DNA of 33,705 nt from an uncultured virus (IMG/VR IMGVR_UViG_3300005265_000018) (Duplodnaviria; Heunggongvirae; Uroviricota; Caudoviricetes): IMG/VR virus record IMGVR_UViG_3300005265_000018; one strand, 5' to 3'. The notes below the pieces were generated by a model. That model had not been told where the DNA came from and ran no database searches. It worked only from the letters and a program-made list of their open reading frames with translations. Position numbers and translations under genes: made by a program. Of the stretch, positions 1 to 11,500 are shown piece by piece. Within the stretch, counting starts at the first letter, position 1. Each line of letters opens with the position of its first letter.

Positions 1-2
1 AT

Positions 3-170
3 TTCTTGAAAGATTATATGATATTTAGAGCATATCAAAAATTAAATAGAAGTAATGCCAAAGATTCTCTTAAATTATTTAATGATGGCATATCTAGAAT
101 GAAAATTACTTCCATAAAACAGAATGCCAATCAAGATTCGTTTGACATTTCCGATAAAGCGAATATATAA
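3..170 (+). CDS. 3' end of a putative head-to-tail adaptor protein (partial, runs off the window start)
   Basis: Open frame ...FLKDYMIFRAYQKLNRSNAKDSLKLFNDGISRM...KANI* ends at TAA 168-170, 11 nt before the nozzle-like gene. The DYxxxRAYxK helix resembles phage adaptor C-termini. Confidence 0.45.
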   Translation, partial: FLKDYMIFRAYQKLNRSNAKDSLKLFNDGISRMKITSIKQNANQDSFDISDKANI

Positions 171-181
171 CCTTAAACTAA

Positions 182-1978
182 ATGACTACTAAAATAGAAA
201 AAATGAGCCGTATCCCGATTCCATACTTTGAGGGGGTTAATACTCTTGTCGGTTCTAATATTGCTAAGAAGGAAGAATTTGAATATGTTGCCAATGCTAG
301 ATCAAAAACTATTGGCACAATTGAAAAAAGGGAGGGGACACGCCGATTAGGCAATATAATTACTGCTACTGGTAATTATGGTTTATTCTTTTTTGAAAAT
401 AATAATGGTGTTAATACTGGATTTTTTAGAATTTCTACTGTAGCTGCTGTTACGACTATTTATTATTTAAAGACAGATGCTACATGGACACCCCTAACCG
501 CTGAAGGAACTAATTTGTCAGCAGCCCAATTTTCTTCCACAATTGCCGAGGGGTGCTGCTTTTTAGTAAATAACACTGATGCTAATAGATATATTGAATC
601 TGATGGCTCTACCGTTGTTACTTCAGCTGTTGCTACAGGACATCTTTATGGCAGCCCGAAAGCCAATAAAATTAATTATTATAAAGATAGATTGTATTTA
701 GGCGATTATACTGCTACGACCCGATATAAAAATGGGATAATGATGAGTTCTAAACCACTAGGTATTGTGGCATTAGTTGATGGTGACCATGCTAATATAG
801 CGGCTGATAGTGAAATAAAAGTTACTGATTTAAAATATATTCATAGTACTGATACATTGGATGTATACCGTGGCGGTACCAAAATAGCCGATATAACCAT
901 AGATGCAAAAAATGCAGATGCCAATACTATTACTATTAATACAGTTACTATGGCATTTGGTACAGATTTTAAATCGGCAGATGAAATTTGGGTTGATGGA
1001 ACATATACTGGAGCAAAAAAGCTAAGATGGGCAGACAATCCCTCAAGTGGTATTGATGTTCAGGTTTACGATACACTCAAATTAACGGGAGGGCAAAATG
1101 ACAGAATTACAATGATGACTAATATTAATGATGTGATGGTTATTGGAAATAAATCCAGTCTTTCTGTATGGAATGATTATAATTTACGAAATATTGATAT
1201 TGGGGTCGGTTGTGTTTCTGACAGGGGATATGATAAGGCGTTTGGTAAATTATATTTCGTGGATTATACAGGACTATATAGTTTTAGCGGAGAGGGATTA
1301 CCCAAATTGGAATCAGCCAAAATACAAAAATATTTCGATGGAGCAACCAAGGCGGGATTAGAGGCATCGGCGGTAGGAAAGCAGGGTATGAGTATATTTG
1401 TAGCCATTGGCGATGTTACCCTTTATAAAGCAGATGGATCCATTGATAGGGAGTTAGATGATGTAGTTCTAGAATTAAATTTACGTCAGAATAATTGGTT
1501 TGTCCATACAGGACTTAAAGTTGAACAATTCGCTACTTACAATAAAAGTTCTATTGTTGACAGGCTGGAATTTGCTAGCTCTGAATCTAATTATCCCATA
1601 TTTGAATTGTTCAATGGATTTGTAGATGATGACGTAAGTAATCCTAGGGAAATTCTAATGGAAGTAGTCACGCCCCCCATTACTTTAAATAAAAATTTTG
1701 AAAATTTTTCTTACCCAACACGAATTATTGTGGAAACAGAAAGAGGTAGTAATCTTAAATGTTTTATTGCACTGGACAATGGTGATCCCTACGAAATAAA
1801 GGGAGATATTAAAAAGGGTTGTACTATCTTAAAAGTAACAAAACGAAATGATGATACCAGCGAACCGCCAAGGTGTAAACAAATTAAATTGTTTTTAAAA
1901 GATTATAGTACTCAATTATGTAAAATTTCCAGAATAGCGATAGAAGCCCTTATTACCAATGAAGAGGAATTACCCTAA
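182..1978 (+). CDS. Virion structural protein, probable tail nozzle / DNA stabilisation protein (beta-propeller-like)
   Basis: 598 aa, beta-rich with blade-like motifs (YYKDRLYLG, IGVGCVS...LYFVDYTGLY). Lies after an adaptor-like gene, as for P22 gp10 / T7 gp12. Confidence 0.6.
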   Translation: MTTKIEKMSRIPIPYFEGVNTLVGSNIAKKEEFEYVANARSKTIGTIEKREGTRRLGNIITATGNYGLFFFENNNGVNTGFFRISTVAAVTTIYYLKTDATWTPLTAEGTNLSAAQFSSTIAEGCCFLVNNTDANRYIESDGSTVVTSAVATGHLYGSPKANKINYYKDRLYLGDYTATTRYKNGIMMSSKPLGIVALVDGDHANIAADSEIKVTDLKYIHSTDTLDVYRGGTKIADITIDAKNADANTITINTVTMAFGTDFKSADEIWVDGTYTGAKKLRWADNPSSGIDVQVYDTLKLTGGQNDRITMMTNINDVMVIGNKSSLSVWNDYNLRNIDIGVGCVSDRGYDKAFGKLYFVDYTGLYSFSGEGLPKLESAKIQKYFDGATKAGLEASAVGKQGMSIFVAIGDVTLYKADGSIDRELDDVVLELNLRQNNWFVHTGLKVEQFATYNKSSIVDRLEFASSESNYPIFELFNGFVDDDVSNPREILMEVVTPPITLNKNFENFSYPTRIIVETERGSNLKCFIALDNGDPYEIKGDIKKGCTILKVTKRNDDTSEPPRCKQIKLFLKDYSTQLCKISRIAIEALITNEEELP

Positions 1979-1996
1979 TTAACAAATTAAATTACT

Positions 1997-3118
1997 ATGG
2001 CTAATATATCTGATTTTAATTACGAAAAAATAGATAATCCCTATAATAAAAATCTTGAAAGAGCTGACGCTATCACTCCAACTACAATTCCCATGTCAAT
2101 GAGTATTAATTCTCCATCTGATATGGCACAGGGTGTTATTAGCGGTCAGTCTTTTAGTGACATTTATATTTCAAATTTTATTAAAAGTAGAAACTATAAA
2201 CCAAAAGTATCAGGGTTTTTATTGGACGGCAAAAAGGGATACATAGAAGCCAATGAATTATATATAGGCGTGGGTGGAATTATTGGTGGGCTGATTGATA
2301 TTCCTGATGCTACTAGTGCCAATTCATGGCATGTGGATGCAACTGGTAATATGTGGTCGGGGTGTAATTCTGCGGATTTTGCCCTAAATCAAGACAATGC
2401 CAATGCTTATATTTTAAACACGGGCACAGCTCAATTCAAATCAATTACTATACTTGGTGGCACAATTACAGGTGGAATAATTCAAACCAGTGCTTCAGGA
2501 GAAAGAATAGTATTAAGTGAAAATGATTTAGTTAGTTACAACCAATATAATGATCAGGAATGTAAAATAAATGCCACATTATCTGTTTTAGATTTAAACG
2601 TTTATAGTGGTAGAACGGGTTTATCGGCATCATATATAAACCCTTCTATCCATAGCTTAATTAACTTATTAGATGAAGTAAGCACGGAAGAAAGTAGTGG
2701 TATTCTTTTTAATGCGAAAAGAAGCTCAACCGCTGATGGCAATGAAACAATAGTTAATATAGAAAACGAAGGTGGTAATGGCATATCAATGGCTATAAAT
2801 GGACATAACGCCCTAGCCAATGTTGCTCTTGATTTAACTGCTTTAGATTTAGATAAATCTGGCGTTCTCTTTACAGACAATATTAACAGTGTCGCCAATA
2901 ATGATAGTTTAATGGAAATTCTTTGTGAAGATAATGCGAGTGAGCTTAATGCCTGTTTATTATTGGGCACTAATACCACTAATAATGTTGCCCACCTCAG
3001 ACTTATTGGTGATCCTGACCCAGTTGCCCCTGCTGATGGTAGTATATGGTTTGATGGTTCTGATTTAAAAATTATGATTGGAGCAACTATTTATGCGTTT
3101 GATAAAACTGCGGTTTAA
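1997..3118 (+). CDS. Tail-associated structural protein (fibre/needle-like)
   Basis: 373 aa. IKSRNYKPKVSGFLLD...G resembles tail-tip/fibre N-terminal segments; GGTITGGIIQTS...RI; C-terminal PADGSIWFDG. Confidence 0.55.
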   Translation: MANISDFNYEKIDNPYNKNLERADAITPTTIPMSMSINSPSDMAQGVISGQSFSDIYISNFIKSRNYKPKVSGFLLDGKKGYIEANELYIGVGGIIGGLIDIPDATSANSWHVDATGNMWSGCNSADFALNQDNANAYILNTGTAQFKSITILGGTITGGIIQTSASGERIVLSENDLVSYNQYNDQECKINATLSVLDLNVYSGRTGLSASYINPSIHSLINLLDEVSTEESSGILFNAKRSSTADGNETIVNIENEGGNGISMAINGHNALANVALDLTALDLDKSGVLFTDNINSVANNDSLMEILCEDNASELNACLLLGTNTTNNVAHLRLIGDPDPVAPADGSIWFDGSDLKIMIGATIYAFDKTAV

Positions 3119-3138
3119 TATTATTTTTAAATAAATTT

Positions 3139-3306
3139 ATGGATGATGAAAAAAAAGAAAAAAAACAGCCAAAACAAGAAGAAAGAAAATGGCGAAAGAT
3201 TGCTATTTTAACCGATGGCAATCAAACTAAATTAATAGAGGCGAATGTGATAGGAGAATTGGAATTAAAGGCTGTGTTAGAAGATGTTTTAAGAAAGTTA
3301 AAATAG
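3139..3306 (+). CDS. Small hypothetical protein (55 aa), below the ORF-track cutoff
   Basis: ATG 3139 after AAATTT; MDDEKKEKKQ...VLRKLK*. Fills the gap in the operon. Confidence 0.65.
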   Translation: MDDEKKEKKQPKQEERKWRKIAILTDGNQTKLIEANVIGELELKAVLEDVLRKLK

Positions 3307-3313
3307 AAAATAT

Positions 3314-6300
3314 ATGACTTATGTCACACAAGGAACAATACCATCTACTCTAAAAGTAGCTGATGCTTCCACTTATTTAGCCAATGGTTATTGGGAAATC
3401 ACAGAAGAGCAATATAATGCTATTAATGCAAAAACACTTGATCCTGCTACCACAAAACCTAGCGAAACTCCCGAAGAACCTACCCCAACACCCACAGACA
3501 CAACTAAATATTATTTACCAAACGGCGATGAGGTAGATCCCGCTGCTCATGTGGTTGGGTATCCCAATGATCAGGCGGCACTTGAGGCATGGATGACAAG
3601 TAATAATATTACAACAACGCCACCTAGCGAAACTCCCGAAGAACCGACTTCTCCTCAATTTCCAGAAGCAGAAACTAAAGGTGGTCAATTTGCAGTATAT
3701 TATAATCCAACAACAGGAGAAACAAAAACTACTTTAAGAAAAAATGAAGGTAGAGATTTTATGGTGGGATTTCAAAGAGTAAAAGAGTTGGGTTCTTCTG
3801 ATTCGGGTGGTGATATGCAAGCAAAAGAAAGAGAATTTAAAGCATATTTAGATTCTTTACAGCCAGGAACGCCAGAATATGAACAATGGAAGGGACAAAT
3901 AGTTACAGAAGAACCAACTACACCAGAACAAGCAACATTATATGGACCAAATGACCAAACAGAGGTTGTTGACGTTGGTAGCGATAGGGCGTCAGAATTA
4001 CAATCGCAAGGATGGGGATTAACTCCAGGTAGTTTTACGGGGACCACACCGCCAACAGAAGAACCAACTACACCAGAACCAAATCAAGCTACTCTAACTT
4101 CTCCTGATGGGAAATATAAAACTGTAGTTAATGTTGGTTCTATTGAAGCTAGTCAATTATTGGTTAATGGTTGGACAGTTGGTGACAGCTATCGGCTATG
4201 TTCCTGAAGAAACAAAAAATCAAGCTACTCTAACTTCTCCTGATGGGAAATATAAAACTGTAGTTAATGTTGGTTCTATTGAAGCTAGTCAATTATTGGT
4301 TAATGGTTGGACAGTTGGTGTGGAGCTCTTGGTTATAAACCTCATGAAGCCCCAATAGAAAATGAGGGCGATAAAATTATTTATAAAAAACCAAATCCTA
4401 CAACAGGAGAAGATGATTTATTTTATAAAATTGGCGATAAATATTATTGGATACCAGATCACAAGAAATTATTAGAATTACTTGATGCTGGTTATATAGA
4501 TGAGCGTGTTTTAGTTCCAGAAGGTGCAGAATTAGTTGGTCTACCCACACAACCAGATATTCCAATGGAAAATCAATATGACCGAGCCTTTTTTATGGAT
4601 CATGACAAGGGTGCTTTTATTAAATTCACTGAAGACCCCGATGGTAGCGGTCCTTTGAATACCAATACTTTATGGCATGTTGATCCCAACACTATGACCA
4701 TAAGACCATTTATGTCCGAAGATGCATATTATGCCGTTTTTGATACTCCGCTAGAAGAATTGGAAGCAAACGGTCAAATAGCTAACGTGCCAATTACCTT
4801 TTTAAACGAAGGTAGTCCTTTATCTGGGTTCAATATGCTAGATTTAAAATACGCCTATCAAAATGATGGCAGTTTTATTGACCCACCAGTAACAATTGAT
4901 AAAGAGGCTTTGGTCAACCATTATGGTAGCCCATTAGATAAAACTGCCCAATGGGATGTTTTTCGTGAAAATGTGTCGGGTTATCTTAATTGGCTCAGAC
5001 AACATGCCGATGAAAGTGGTATTTCTTCAACAGTAATAGATGAGGTAGTTGATGATCCCTATACATTGGCTTTATATACCAATGCTTTAACTTACGGTGG
5101 ATATAATCAAAACGATATTTATAGAGATTTAAAACGATTACAAATGATTAAAGATGGTAATACTGAATATAACAGTATGAGAGTAATTAGCGAAAGTATG
5201 AATGCCAAAGAATATTACAATACTACAGCGGGACTTGATGCCCGTAATAATCCTCAATTACAACCCCCTGAACGGATTGGCGAATTAACTACCGCCTCAA
5301 TGGAAAATAAAGTAATGAATTTACCATCAGAAGTACTTGATGCCTTTGTGCCTACCATTGATTGGGAATCACCGATGGGTAGAGAAAAAATTGAAGAAAT
5401 CCAAGCTGCCTACCATGATATTCTTTTACAACAAGTGGAGGCTAGTAATGAAAGAGAACAAGCGATCGCTGATGCTAATTATAAAAGGTTTAACGAAGAA
5501 TTGACACGAAAGTATGGAATTGCTTTAAGTGATAATGCACTGGAAGCATGGGATCAGATTAGTGCGTTGGGTCAAATAATGGGACAAAAGAGATTGGGCG
5601 GCAGTGGGATAGAAAGAGAGGCATTAGATAAGTATCTGCAACGAGTAAGACGAGAGGGTGAACAATTAAGAGAAAGAAAATTAACAGAGGAAGAAAAAAC
5701 TAAACGTGATTATTTAATGAAATATGGCACACCAGAACAAATCAATGCCTTATCAGAAGAAGAAAAAATTGCAATGGGATTTAAGCCTTCCACAAAAGTT
5801 GATAAAGATAGATGGGTGGCGACTTTTATGGAAAAATATCCAGATGAATCCGAAGAATATGCTAAGTTATATTACGATATGCTTTATGATGAATATGGTA
5901 ATTATCGCAGTGAATTGAATAAAACATTACTTAAAAATAAATTTTTAATACAGGAGGGTGTAAGATGGGGTGATGTTGAAATTGGTAAAAAGGATAAACA
6001 GGAAATGGAAGCGAAATTAGCAGAAGAAAAAAGGGTTGAAAAAGAAGAAGAAGATACTAAAAGAAAATATAGGGGGGTAATGTCTGAAGTTGGACAAGAG
6101 GCAGGTGATATTGGTTTGGCTACATCTCAAGTTAATATTCCATCAGAAAAAGCCCCAAATATACCAAGTACAACTTCTTCTATCCTACCATCCAAATCAG
6201 AAGAAGAACAAATGGCGGCTTTTAGAGAATTTACAGCAGGCAAGGAAGATGTGCTAGGACATGGATGGGAGGGTTACAAACCCATTCCCTTTTATGAATA

Positions 6301-6373
6301 TGATACTCCTGAGAAGAAGAGTAAATGGCAAAATGTCCAACAAGTGGGTAATACTTTATATGGTTATCGATAA
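3314..6373 (+). CDS. Putative internal virion/ejection protein (~1018 aa if joined), broken by two frame disruptions near 4184 and 4320
   Basis: ORFs 3314-4207, 4131-4358 and 4307-6373 join into one protein if 1 nt is removed at ~4184 and 2 nt at ~4320. N-terminal Pro/Thr/Glu linkers and repeated small domains; helical, charged C-terminus. Confidence 0.6.
4081..4320 (+). repeat. Two identical 104-bp direct repeats (4081-4184, 4217-4320)
   Basis: Both read AAATCAAGCTACTCTAACT...GGACAGTTGGTG and encode NQATLTSPDGKYKTVVNVGSIEASQLLVNGWTVG. Period 136 nt. Confidence 0.95.
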
Positions 6374-6391
6374 ATTAAATCTTAAAAATAT

Positions 6392-6952
6392 ATGGCGAAC
6401 ATACCGCAAAATCAAACTTATACTAAATTATCTGAAGCTGCTTTCGGTTTAGGTAAACAATTACCGTTTCAAAGGGTGAGACAGGCTATACGAACCAACC
6501 AACCAATAGCATCATCCACCTCAACCATCCCCACAGATATTACTAAATTAGGGAAAGTAACAGTTCCTTATGGTGGGAGTACAAGATTTGAGAAATTTCA
6601 TAAAGGCATAGATATAGCAGCTCCAATTGGAACACCCATCCCCGCTCCAACTAGTGGTACGGTGGTAGCAACCAGAACAGGACAGGTACAGACACCAACC
6701 AAGCCTGGATATGGGAATTATGTCATTCTTAAAGATGAATTGGGAAATTTTCAGAGATTTTCTCATTTAAATAATACTATGGTTAGTGTGGGTTCACAAG
6801 TAAAAAGGGGACAACCAATAGGAACCGTTGGAGCTACGGGTGGTGCTTATTCGTTAAGACCTAATGGAAGTGGAGCACATTTGGATTATAGAATTTACGA
6901 TGCTTATAAAAATTATTACGATCCCGCTTCATATTTGAGTAAATATAAATAA
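6392..6952 (+). CDS. M23-family metallopeptidase (putative virion-associated peptidoglycan hydrolase)
   Basis: FHKGIDIAAPIGTPIPAPTSGTVV (HxxxD), GYGNYVIL, FSHL, VKRGQPIGTVGATG, GAHLDY, YDPASYL. Confidence 0.9.
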   Translation: MANIPQNQTYTKLSEAAFGLGKQLPFQRVRQAIRTNQPIASSTSTIPTDITKLGKVTVPYGGSTRFEKFHKGIDIAAPIGTPIPAPTSGTVVATRTGQVQTPTKPGYGNYVILKDELGNFQRFSHLNNTMVSVGSQVKRGQPIGTVGATGGAYSLRPNGSGAHLDYRIYDAYKNYYDPASYLSKYK

Positions 6953-6962
6953 TTTTAAAAAT

Positions 6963-8582
6963 ATGTTTAATACACCAACCGAAAAATCAATAAAAATTAG
7001 TGCGATTACGGGCAACCCAAAATTAGCAGATACTATTAAGCAGGCATTAAAGTCCACACCTGGTAGCACTAAAAGGAAAAATGCTGCCTCTCTTTTAAAA
7101 ATGGCGGGAGCTAAAAGGGGTAATTTTGGTATGGCCATGGATGGACGGGGTGGAGGAGAAGAACAACCCCAAATGATATGGGACAATAATGTTGGCAATT
7201 TTGTGCCGAATCCTTTATATAGTTCTGTTCAAAAAACTGTTCCAGGAGTAACTCCATCTCCCCAAATTACCTCAACCAAAATTTCCCCTGACCCAGAAAA
7301 AGCGGGAGTACCAGAGAGTTATCGGGGAATGCTTGATGAACAAATGCAATTTTATCCAAAAGGTCATGAGCAATGGGGTAGTGCAATAAATGCTCCAGGG
7401 GGATTAACTAAAATATTTTACCCTAGACCTGACTCAAAAAAAGAAAAAGAAGTAAAAATTACAGAACCAGGACAGGGAACAACTGATGAACAATGGGATA
7501 CTACAGGAGAACTAGGATATTCGAGTATGTATTCAACTCCCCAAGATGATGTACAATCCTTTTTACCAGAGGGTACCACCCTTGATGATATATTCGGCAA
7601 TGAATATATTGACGAAGAAGAATTGACTGGTTTCGTAAAATTATTATACGAAGCACAACAAAGTGGTATGGGGAAAAACACCTTTGCTAACTGGATGATG
7701 GACAGTAATGATAGAATGAAAATGTTGGAAGAATGGTCTGGTTATCCAGAGGGTTCTTTACCGAGGGGAGCAATATGGGCAAATCAAATACCAGAAATAA
7801 GTAAACGGTTAAAGGAAGAATTGGGTATTAATTCAATGTATGAGAGTCTTGCTGAACTTAGAAAAGAGGGATTAACCCTAAAAGAGGATATGGCCTTAAA
7901 AACCACCAGGGATGAATATATCGATAGATTGAGCGATATGATTGAAAAGACTAAAACTCAAATTACAGATACCAGTAATTATTTTATTAAAAGAAGGCTA
8001 GAAAAATATTTAAATCATTTATATGTAAAAATTGGTAAGGAGGAAAAAAGGTATTCTGATTATCTTAATGAAGGAATTGATGTTTATAATAATCAGGTGA
8101 AAGAACTAAAAAATGACTATGATGCTAAATATAAAGATTTTACAGAATTACTTGGTTATGAAACCACTATTACCAAGGAGAGATATGATACGCTTAAAAC
8201 AATGCTAAAAGAAATGTATGACAATGTGGACAACCGATACAAGATAGAGGGGCAAATATTGGATAATAAATTGAAGCGATTAGAAGAGATACAAAAACAA
8301 ATGGAAATTATAAAAGATGCCTCTGGAGACATGATGGATATGACTGAAGAAGACAAACGCACAGTTGCTACTATTAAAAAATTGTCTGGTGTGTCATCTT
8401 TTACTCCAGAAGAACAATTCATTCTTTCTCAAACATTAAGTGGAGATGATATGGAGGAATTTGCTTATAAACTCAAGGACGAATTAGCTAAAAACTCCAA
8501 TGCAAATGTTTTGGATTTATTAGAAAAATTTGTAAGAGAGAAAGAAGCTGGTGGAGTACCACTTGGTGAAGAAATATTTTAG
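6963..8582 (+). CDS. Putative internal virion/ejection protein, coiled-coil rich
   Basis: 539 aa, helical and charged. Lies between the M23 gene and the large virion gene; no catalytic motif recognised. Confidence 0.45.
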   Translation: MFNTPTEKSIKISAITGNPKLADTIKQALKSTPGSTKRKNAASLLKMAGAKRGNFGMAMDGRGGGEEQPQMIWDNNVGNFVPNPLYSSVQKTVPGVTPSPQITSTKISPDPEKAGVPESYRGMLDEQMQFYPKGHEQWGSAINAPGGLTKIFYPRPDSKKEKEVKITEPGQGTTDEQWDTTGELGYSSMYSTPQDDVQSFLPEGTTLDDIFGNEYIDEEELTGFVKLLYEAQQSGMGKNTFANWMMDSNDRMKMLEEWSGYPEGSLPRGAIWANQIPEISKRLKEELGINSMYESLAELRKEGLTLKEDMALKTTRDEYIDRLSDMIEKTKTQITDTSNYFIKRRLEKYLNHLYVKIGKEEKRYSDYLNEGIDVYNNQVKELKNDYDAKYKDFTELLGYETTITKERYDTLKTMLKEMYDNVDNRYKIEGQILDNKLKRLEEIQKQMEIIKDASGDMMDMTEEDKRTVATIKKLSGVSSFTPEEQFILSQTLSGDDMEEFAYKLKDELAKNSNANVLDLLEKFVREKEAGGVPLGEEIF

Positions 8583-8591
8583 AATAAATTT

Positions 8592-11500
8592 ATGTCAATT
8601 TTAGATAGATTTTTAGTAGCCAAAAAAAATTGGGCTGCTAAAATTGGACAACCTACTTCAATAGAACAACCAACTCAAATACCAACAACGGGAAAAGGAG
8701 AAAAAGGATTGGGGCGATATAATTAAGACGGGATTGGCTCGTTTTGTATTACCTAAATCCAAGGAAATAGAAATGGGTATTACCAAGCCAGGCGAAGAAA
8801 CATTGGGAACAAAAACAATAAATGCTATTAAAAAATATTTCACTACATTAAAAAAACATCCAGTCGAATCAGCCCTTTATACGGCAGAGGGAATTAGCTC
8901 TGGCATAAGAAATGCTTTAGTAGATTTAGCTAGTACTACTACTAGAGCGGGTAAATATATAAACCCTTTAAGTGTTTTTCCTTCTTATCGAAAAAGGGTG
9001 GATAAGGGCATTGAAACTTTTAGGGAATTGAATGAACGATTGAATAAAAAATTAAAAACTGGAGCTGAAGGAAAAGAGGGATATGCAAGGGTAAGAAGTG
9101 CTGGTGAGGTTATTGGAGAAATAGTACCTTATTTTGTTAGCGATACCATTGCATTGAAAGCGTTAAGAACAGCCCAAAATTTAGCCAAAACTTATAAATT
9201 AGCCAAACTAACCTCTGCTTTAAACAGATATGGTAAAAAGGGAGCATTGGTAACTGGTTTTGTTGGTACAGGGCAAGTATTACATCAAAAAGATGACATC
9301 CCCCGTGTTCAACAAATGATGGCGGATTTATTGATGTTAGGAATATTTGAGGTCGGTGGCTCTGTTTTAAGTAGGACTTTAAGCAGACCAGCTCGTGCTA
9401 TTTATACTAAAATTAAAAATAATAAAAAGGTAATGGCAGATGAGGTAGAAATTTTATGGCGAGAAATGAAAGCAAATGAAGCTGGATTTGCCAAATTACC
9501 ACATAGAAGTTTAAAAGGCATGAAAAAAAGAGTTAAACAGCTGGAAGAAACAATTGAAGACATTGAATTGGGTGGTGGTATCGCTGGCGAGGAAGCCATT
9601 GAATTATCTCAATTAAGGCAAGCAATAAGGACGGCAGAAGCTGGTGGTCAAAAAAAATTGGTAATGGAAGAAGGGGGAAAAGCACATAAAGATAGTATGG
9701 GATTATTTAAGATAGATGAAAGTAGAAAGTTAGCAAGAAAAATTTTAGCGAAAGACGCCACACAAGAAGCAACAACAGTTAAAAAGTTATTGTCAAGTAA
9801 TCCACAAGCACAAAAATTATTTGGAGAAATATCTGATACTCGTGTTGCCATATTTGACGAAACACATCCTATATTAAAAAACGCAGATGCTGTTTATGTA
9901 ACATTAGATTCAAAAGCACCATTCGCTGGTGATATTGTTATACGAGCAGGTTTAAAAACTAAATATTTAGAAGATACATTATTAGAAGAAATGTTACACG
10001 CACTTCGTGATAAAAGGGGTAGAATATCTGATGTTAATTTTTTAACTACTAATAAAATTACAAAAATTGATATACAAAATTATCTTAATAGTCCAACGGA
10101 GCAAGCAGCAAGTAAAGCGATTAAATCTATAAAAAAATTATTGGGGATAAAGGAAAGGGCTGATTATTATGGTAAATCTCAACTAACTGACTTCTACAAC
10201 CAAGCAGTTAAAGGGGTAAAGGAAGCAGTTCCCAAAAAACTTCCTCCTAAAATAAAAAAAGCCAAACAAGAACTTGAACCATTAGCCAGAGAAGTAGACG
10301 AAATACTCCGAACCACTGAAAGAAGTAGAGAGTGGAGGGGAAGGTCACACGACCTCTATGTTCAAAAACGATTAGAAGGATTGAATAAAGAAGATGCTCT
10401 GGATTTTGTAGATGCTACTGAAATTATAGGAGATTCATATAGAGAGAGAATGAATAAAGGATTTGTTCAAACAATGATAAAGAAATTTCCAGAATTAAAA
10501 ACACCAGAAGCGAGAATGCCAATACAAGACTTTTATACCCAAGCTACCAAAGGACTAAAAGAGGCAGGGGAAGCTGTGCCGAAAGTGAAAAAAATACCAG
10601 AATTATATCCCACTGTTAAGAAGGTAGTTAAAAAAATAAAACCAATCACTAAGGAAAAAGCAAAAATACCACTGGTGACAAAAGCGGGGGGCGAAATGCC
10701 GCCCATTAAGCCTGATGGAAAGCCATTAAAAACCGTTGGTGATATAATGCCACCAGAAATACCGTCAACAGGTAAAAAAATAGACAGTGTTGTTCCTCCC
10801 TATAAGCGTTTAATTAATACCGATCATTACGATTTAACACAAACCGAAAAAAGATTTCTTGAGGATATGGCCAGGGGTGCTAATTTAGAAAAAGAAAAAG
10901 GAAAAATGACTTTTAAACAAATACGAGCAATGGCAAAGGAAGTTGAGCCGTTAAGCAAGGCAACCACTGCGAAAGAAACTTTAAAAAGATCAGCTATGTT
11001 AGCAAGGGCTAGGCAAGAAATGGCAAGGGTGACAAAATTAGAAGTTGAAATGAATAAAGGGGTGGTTGGTGCTTCTAGGGAATATATTAAAGGTGTTAAA
11101 AATGTAATAGACTATGGTACTGGTTTGGCTCGTGAACTTCGTTCTTTGGGTATGAAAATAGAGGCCGTTCCTATCACAGAATTAAAAACTGCAAGGGCAT
11201 TGTCCATGAGGGAAGAAATAATCAAAACATTGCTTAAAGCCGAATATGATATTAATGCAATTATTAAAGCCGCTGAGGGAGTTGACTTTACTAATCCTAA
11301 GCAAGTTACTAAATTTTATCGTAAATTTGTTAAACCCACTTTTAGAGAAAAATTAAGAGAATATAGATATGCTAATTTACTTTCTAGCCCCCGTACTCAT
11401 ATTGTTAATGCCTTTACTAACGCCATACAAACTACCATATTAGCCCCTACTACTCGGTTGGTGTCTGGGGGAATTGATTTCATTGGATCTGGTTTAACGG

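Noticed and set aside
4205..4255. TGA recoding (code 4/25) to join ORFs 3314 and 4307
   Set aside because: The same frame hits TAA at 4253-4255, and TGA is a genuine stop in many ATGA overlaps.
4081..4320. 104-bp repeat pair as a DGR template/variable region
   Set aside because: The copies are identical with no adenine-specific mismatches, and there is no reverse transcriptase in the window.
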